Source: Kineococcus radiotolerans SRS30216 = ATCC BAA-149
GTDB lineage: Bacteria > Actinomycetota > Actinomycetes > Actinomycetales > Kineococcaceae
DNA: 32,000 nt
NCBI RefSeq assembly: GCF_000017305.1
Contig: NC_009664.2
Location: 3,960,001 to 3,992,000, forward strand
Direction of reading: 5' to 3'
Shown here: piece by piece, positions 28,537-32,000 of the stretch
How the letters are laid out: every line of letters starts with the position of its first letter
Numbering within the stretch: the stretch's first letter is position 1
The notes under the pieces: model-generated
Databases searched by the model: none
The model's input: only the letters and a program-made list of their open reading frames with translations
What the model was told of the DNA's origin: nothing
Position numbers and translations under genes: made by a program

Positions 28537-29950
28537 CAACACGCGACGTGGTCGCCGGTCCGTGGTGGCGCTGGTGCTGGCCGGTGCGGCGGTCCTCACG
28601 GCCGGCGGGTCCGCCGCCGCAGGGACCCCCGTGACCGCCCACCGCACCTACGGGGCCGACCGGTACGCCACGGCCGCCTACCTCGAGAACTACGCCTCCC
28701 GCGACACCGCCTACATCGTCACGGGTGAGAAGTTCGCGGACGGTGTCACGGCCGGCGCGCTTGCCGGGCAGCCGGGATCCAACCTCTTCCTGACGTCGCG
28801 CGGACAGCTGCCCGACGCCGTGCGCAAGGTCATCGGCTACTACCGCAACGTCGTGGTGGTCGGTGGTGCCGATGTCGTCTCCGCCGATGTCGTGACGTGG
28901 TTGCAGCAGAACACCCGGGCGCGCATCACCCGGGTGGAGGGCAGGGACCGTTACGAAACGGCAACCCGCTTGTCCGCGACCGCGTTCTCGCCGGGTGTGT
29001 CCAACGTGCTCGTGGCCACGGGGCTCGACTACGCGGACGCTCTCTCCGCCTCCGCCGTCGCGGCGACCACAGGCGTACCCGTCCTGACCGTTCCCGGCAC
29101 GTCCATCCCCGAAAGCACCCGTCTGGAGCTGCTGCGCCTGGCCCCGCAGCGGATCACCGTCCTCGGCGGCGAGGCATCGGTGAGCCGCGACGTGGCCGTC
29201 GACCTCCAGCAGTTCACCGGGGGGCCGGTCGAGCGCATCTACGGCGATGACCGCTACCAGACCGCCGTCGCGGTCAGCAAGCGGTTCTTCGGGCCAGGGG
29301 TCCCGTTCGTGCAGTTGGCTTCAGGGACGAGCTGGCCCGACGCCATCGCCGCGGGTGCCAAGGCCGGCAGGAACGCCTCGCCGCTCCTGCTGACCCCGCG
29401 CTCCTGCGTCCCCCAGTTCGTGAACCTGGAGATCGAACGGTTGCGCACCCGCGATCTCCAGGCGGTGGGTGGGGACGCCTCGTACTCCCAGGCCGCGGCC
29501 AAGCGCACGTCGTGCGAGGCGGGCCCGAAAACCTACCTGGACGAGCTGGCCGCGCCGACGGGCAACGCGAGGTTCCTCGGGGGCAACGTCACGATGGCGG
29601 GGGTCTTCTACCCGCGCACCGTGGCGTTCTCGACGTACGCCCCGACGAACTCCTCGCAGGAGCTCCCCAACGGGGAGTACCGGACCTGGAGCCTCGGCGC
29701 GAAGCGTTCACGCTTCACCACGGTCGTCGGCATCGCCGATGGCACGACGTCGGGCCTGCGGTCCAGGGTCCAGGTCTACGGCGATGAGCGCCCCCTGGGG
29801 ACCTACGAGGTGTCCGTCGGCAACCCGGCTGTGATCGACCTGGACGTCCGCGGGGTGGACAACCTCAAGGTGGTGACGACGTCGTCCGCGCGGTCAGCGT
29901 CCGACGAAGACGGCGCGACAGTCTTCCTGGGTGACGCCGCCGTCAACTGA
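28523..29950 (+). CDS. Secreted protein with three cell-wall-binding-repeat-2 (CWB2) modules and a C-terminal NPCBM-like carbohydrate-binding domain
   Basis: GTG at 28523 (AAGGGAG upstream) overlaps the preceding gene by 14 nt. The signal peptide is VFSTDNTRRGRRSVVALVLAGAAVLTAGGSAAAG. Three repeats begin GADRYATAAYL, GRDRYETATRLS and GDDRYQTAVAVS, each followed by ...GG..VVS-type ends, which is the CWB2 pattern. The C-terminal YLDELAAPTGN...FTTVVGIADG...VQVYGD...LDVRGVDNLKVV...FLGDAAV fits the NPCBM/NEW2 pattern. Confidence 0.78.
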   Translation: MFSTDNTRRGRRSVVALVLAGAAVLTAGGSAAAGTPVTAHRTYGADRYATAAYLENYASRDTAYIVTGEKFADGVTAGALAGQPGSNLFLTSRGQLPDAVRKVIGYYRNVVVVGGADVVSADVVTWLQQNTRARITRVEGRDRYETATRLSATAFSPGVSNVLVATGLDYADALSASAVAATTGVPVLTVPGTSIPESTRLELLRLAPQRITVLGGEASVSRDVAVDLQQFTGGPVERIYGDDRYQTAVAVSKRFFGPGVPFVQLASGTSWPDAIAAGAKAGRNASPLLLTPRSCVPQFVNLEIERLRTRDLQAVGGDASYSQAAAKRTSCEAGPKTYLDELAAPTGNARFLGGNVTMAGVFYPRTVAFSTYAPTNSSQELPNGEYRTWSLGAKRSRFTTVVGIADGTTSGLRSRVQVYGDERPLGTYEVSVGNPAVIDLDVRGVDNLKVVTTSSARSASDEDGATVFLGDAAVN

Positions 29951-29963
29951 CGCTCACCACGAC

Positions 29964-29995
29964 GAGGCCCGCACCCCACCCGGGGTGCGGGCCTC
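29964..29995 (+). terminator. Strong stem-loop ending the pilus block
   Basis: GAGGCCCGCACCCC ACCC GGGGTGCGGGCCTC forms a perfect 14-bp stem with a 4-nt loop, 14 nt after the 28523-29950 stop. There is no clear U-tract. Confidence 0.7.
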
Positions 29996-30061
29996 GCGCG
30001 TTGCCGGGCCTACGATGGCCGCGACCGAGCACCCCGTCCCCGCGCCCCAGGAGCTTCACCC

Positions 30062-30673
30062 GTGATCGTCCTCGTCGGCTTCATGGGCGCCGGCAAGACG
30101 ACCGTGGGCCGTCTCCTCGCGACCCGCCTCGGACTCCCGTTCGTCGATACCGACCACGTGGTCGAGGCTCGCGCGGGCCGTCCGGTCCGGGAGATCTTCA
30201 CCACCGACGGCGAGGCGACCTTCCGCGACCTCGAGCAGGCCGCCGTCGAGGAGGTCCTCGCCGGCCCGCAGGCCGTGGTGTCGCTGGGCGGCGGGGCCTG
30301 CGGGCGGGAGGCGACCCGCGAGGTCCTGCGCGAGCACGTGGTCGTCCACCTCGACGTCTCCCTGCCCGAGGTGAGGCGGCGGACCGCCGGTGACGTCTCC
30401 CGCCCGGTGCTGCGACGGCCCGGTCTCGAGGAGCTGCACGCCGCCCGCCGGACCGTCTTCCACGAGATCGCCGACGTCGAGGTCCCCACCGACGGGCGCA
30501 GAGCCGAGGACGTCGCCGGTGGGGTCTTCGACGCGGTCGCGGGTCGCCTGGCTCAGCCCGAGAACGGGGCCCGGGACGCGCCGCTGCGCGCACCGGGTCG
30601 TCCCGAGGCGGGGATTCCCGCCGCAGACGGCGCACCGGCCGGTGCGTCGAACGACCTCGCGGAGGACAGATGA
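30062..30673 (+). CDS. aroK: Shikimate kinase (with C-terminal low-complexity tail)
   Basis: GTG at 30062 after AGGAG. Motifs: P-loop [28 protein letters not shown]. Confidence 0.92.
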   Translation: MIVLVGFMGAGKTTVGRLLATRLGLPFVDTDHVVEARAGRPVREIFTTDGEATFRDLEQAAVEEVLAGPQAVVSLGGGACGREATREVLREHVVVHLDVSLPEVRRRTAGDVSRPVLRRPGLEELHAARRTVFHEIADVEVPTDGRRAEDVAGGVFDAVAGRLAQPENGARDAPLRAPGRPEAGIPAADGAPAGASNDLAEDR

Positions 30674-31770
30674 CCACCCCGACCACGAACCCTGGACCCG
30701 TCCGCATCGCCGTCGACGGGGAAGCCCCCTACGACGTCCTCATCGGCCGCGGCCTGCTGGGGGAACTGCGCGGGATGCTGGGCCCGAGGGTCGCGAAGGT
30801 CCTCATCGTGCACCCGCGGGCGCTGCGCAGCACCGGCGAGGCGGTGCGCGACGACCTGATCGCTCAGGGTCTCGAAGCGATCCTGGCCGAGGTCCCCGAC
30901 GGCGAGGAGGCGAAGTCAGCGGAGGTCGCCGCGTTCTGCTGGACGGTGCTGGGGCAGTCGGACTTCACCCGCTCCGATGCCGTCGTCGGGGTCGGCGGGG
31001 GGGCGGTCACCGACCTCGCCGGGTTCGTGGCGGCCACCTGGCTGCGGGGGGTCCGCGTGGTCCAGGTCCCGACGACGCTGCTGGCGATGGTCGACGCGGC
31101 CGTCGGCGGCAAGACGGGCATCAACACGGCGGAGGGCAAGAACCTTGTCGGCTCGTTCCACCCGCCGGCGGGGGTGCTCTGCGACCTCGACGCCCTCGAC
31201 ACCCTGCCGCTGCACGACCTGCGGGCCGGGCTGGCTGAGGTCGTGAAGTGCGGTTTCATCGCCGACCCGCGGATCCTCGAGCTCGTCGAGGCCGACGTCG
31301 CCGCGGCCACCGACCCTCGCTCGCCGGTGCTGGCCGAGCTCGTCGAGCGCGCCGTGCGCGTGAAGGCCCGGGTGGTGGGGGAGGACCTCAAGGAGTCCGA
31401 CCTGCGCGAGATCCTCAACTACGGGCACACCTTCGCCCACGCCGTGGAGCTCGTCGAGCGCTACCAGTGGCGCCACGGCGCGGCCGTCAGCGTCGGCCTC
31501 GTCTACGTCGCCGAGCTGGCCCGGATGGCCGGGCGGCTGTCCGACGCGGACGCCGACCGGCACCGGTCCGTCCTGCGGTCCCTGGGCCTGCCCACGACCT
31601 ACCGCGGGGACCGGTGGCCGCAGCTGCTCGACGCGATGAAGCGGGACAAGAAGGCCCGGGGCGCGCTGCTGCGGTTCGTCGTCCTCGACGGGATCGGCAA
31701 GCCCTCCCGCTTGGAGGGCCCCGACCCCGCGATGCTGCAGGCCGCCTACGCCGAGATCAGCGCGGAGTGA
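30670..31770 (+). CDS. aroB: 3-dehydroquinate synthase
   Basis: ATG at 30670 overlaps the aroK stop (ATGA). Motifs: [46 protein letters not shown] and [11 protein letters not shown]. Confidence 0.95.
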   Translation: MTTPTTNPGPVRIAVDGEAPYDVLIGRGLLGELRGMLGPRVAKVLIVHPRALRSTGEAVRDDLIAQGLEAILAEVPDGEEAKSAEVAAFCWTVLGQSDFTRSDAVVGVGGGAVTDLAGFVAATWLRGVRVVQVPTTLLAMVDAAVGGKTGINTAEGKNLVGSFHPPAGVLCDLDALDTLPLHDLRAGLAEVVKCGFIADPRILELVEADVAAATDPRSPVLAELVERAVRVKARVVGEDLKESDLREILNYGHTFAHAVELVERYQWRHGAAVSVGLVYVAELARMAGRLSDADADRHRSVLRSLGLPTTYRGDRWPQLLDAMKRDKKARGALLRFVVLDGIGKPSRLEGPDPAMLQAAYAEISAE

Positions 31771-31771
31771 C

Positions 31772-32000
31772 TCAGGCGCAGGGAGTCGTCGAGATCCCCG
31801 CGCTGGAGGAGTAGTACCAGGCGTCGCCCTCGCCGTCGGCGTCACGGCCGCCGATGCAGTAGCCGACGGCGTCAGCGGCGAGGATGACGACCTCGCTCTG
31901 TGGTGCGGCGATGCCGAGGGCGAGGGGATCGGTGGTGTACGTGCCGTGGGCCATCGCGTAGTTCTCCTCGGCCATCGCCACGGCCTGCACGTCCTCCTTG
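31772..32000 (-). CDS. Third type IV pilin paralog, C-terminal part only (5' end beyond window)
   Basis: The minus-strand frame stays open to the window edge. It reads ...KEDVQAVAMAEENYAMAHGTYTTD..., which is the end of the pilin N-terminal helix and matches KSDVSVIGKELAAYYVDGTG and KQDVTAFGKEVAAYFVDGTG in the two upstream pilins. It has the same Cys pattern (GYCIG ... TPCA stop). Its stop is 1 nt from the aroB stop, and the two genes are convergent. Confidence 0.7.
   Translation of the reverse strand, partial: KEDVQAVAMAEENYAMAHGTYTTDPLALGIAAPQSEVVILAADAVGYCIGGRDADGEGDAWYYSSSAGISTTPCA

Noticed and set aside
16473-29950. A Tad/Flp pilus locus, the usual actinobacterial type IV-related system.
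   Set aside because: The pilins are 144-150 aa with type IVa-style leaders and Cys pairs, not the roughly 50-70 aa Flp type. There is no TadZ, CpaF, TadB/C pair or RcpC-like gene. PilM, PilN and PilO are present instead.
14844-30061. A genomic island bounded by direct repeats or att sites and carrying an integrase.
   Set aside because: Neither the block nor its borders contain an integrase, transposase or IS end. The only similarity I could see between the two border regions is low-complexity C/G-rich sequence. The atypical composition stands, but mobility cannot be claimed.

Overview
This is a very GC-rich actinobacterial chromosome segment. The gene order resembles the aspS...rarA...alaS-ruvX-mltG-aroE...aroK-aroB block of mycobacteria and Kineococcus-like genomes, as far as I recall it. 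All calls come from reading the supplied translations, motifs and third-codon-position GC; no similarity search was possible.

Housekeeping backbone: aspS (cut off at the 5' window edge), a PAP2 phosphatase, a minus-strand OmpR-type response regulator and histidine kinase followed by a small signal-peptide ORF, rarA, a PemK/MazF-like protein, a GH65 glycoside phosphorylase, alaS, ruvX, mltG, aroE, aroK and aroB.

Main result: about 15 kb (14844-30061) sits between aroE and aroK, where chorismate synthase aroC would normally lie, and aroC is absent from the window. This block has visibly lower GC and atypical codons. It encodes an LGFP-repeat wall protein and a tightly coupled type IV pilus (T4P) gene set:
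- a PilT-type ATPase with a roughly 115-aa N-terminal extension
- PilC
- two class-III-signal pilins
- a 421-aa modular PilV-like pilin, a PilW-like pilin and a 597-aa PilX-like protein lacking Glu5
- the prepilin peptidase PilD
- PilM, PilN and PilO
- a 354-aa single-pass membrane protein in the PilP position
- a CWB2-repeat plus NPCBM-like cell-wall-binding protein

No PilB-type assembly ATPase and no secretin are present. A third pilin paralog lies on the minus strand just beyond aroB and runs off the window. Most other long ORFs in the track, including the 2003-aa one, are high-GC artefacts. I saw no tRNA, rRNA, CRISPR array, transposase or integrase.
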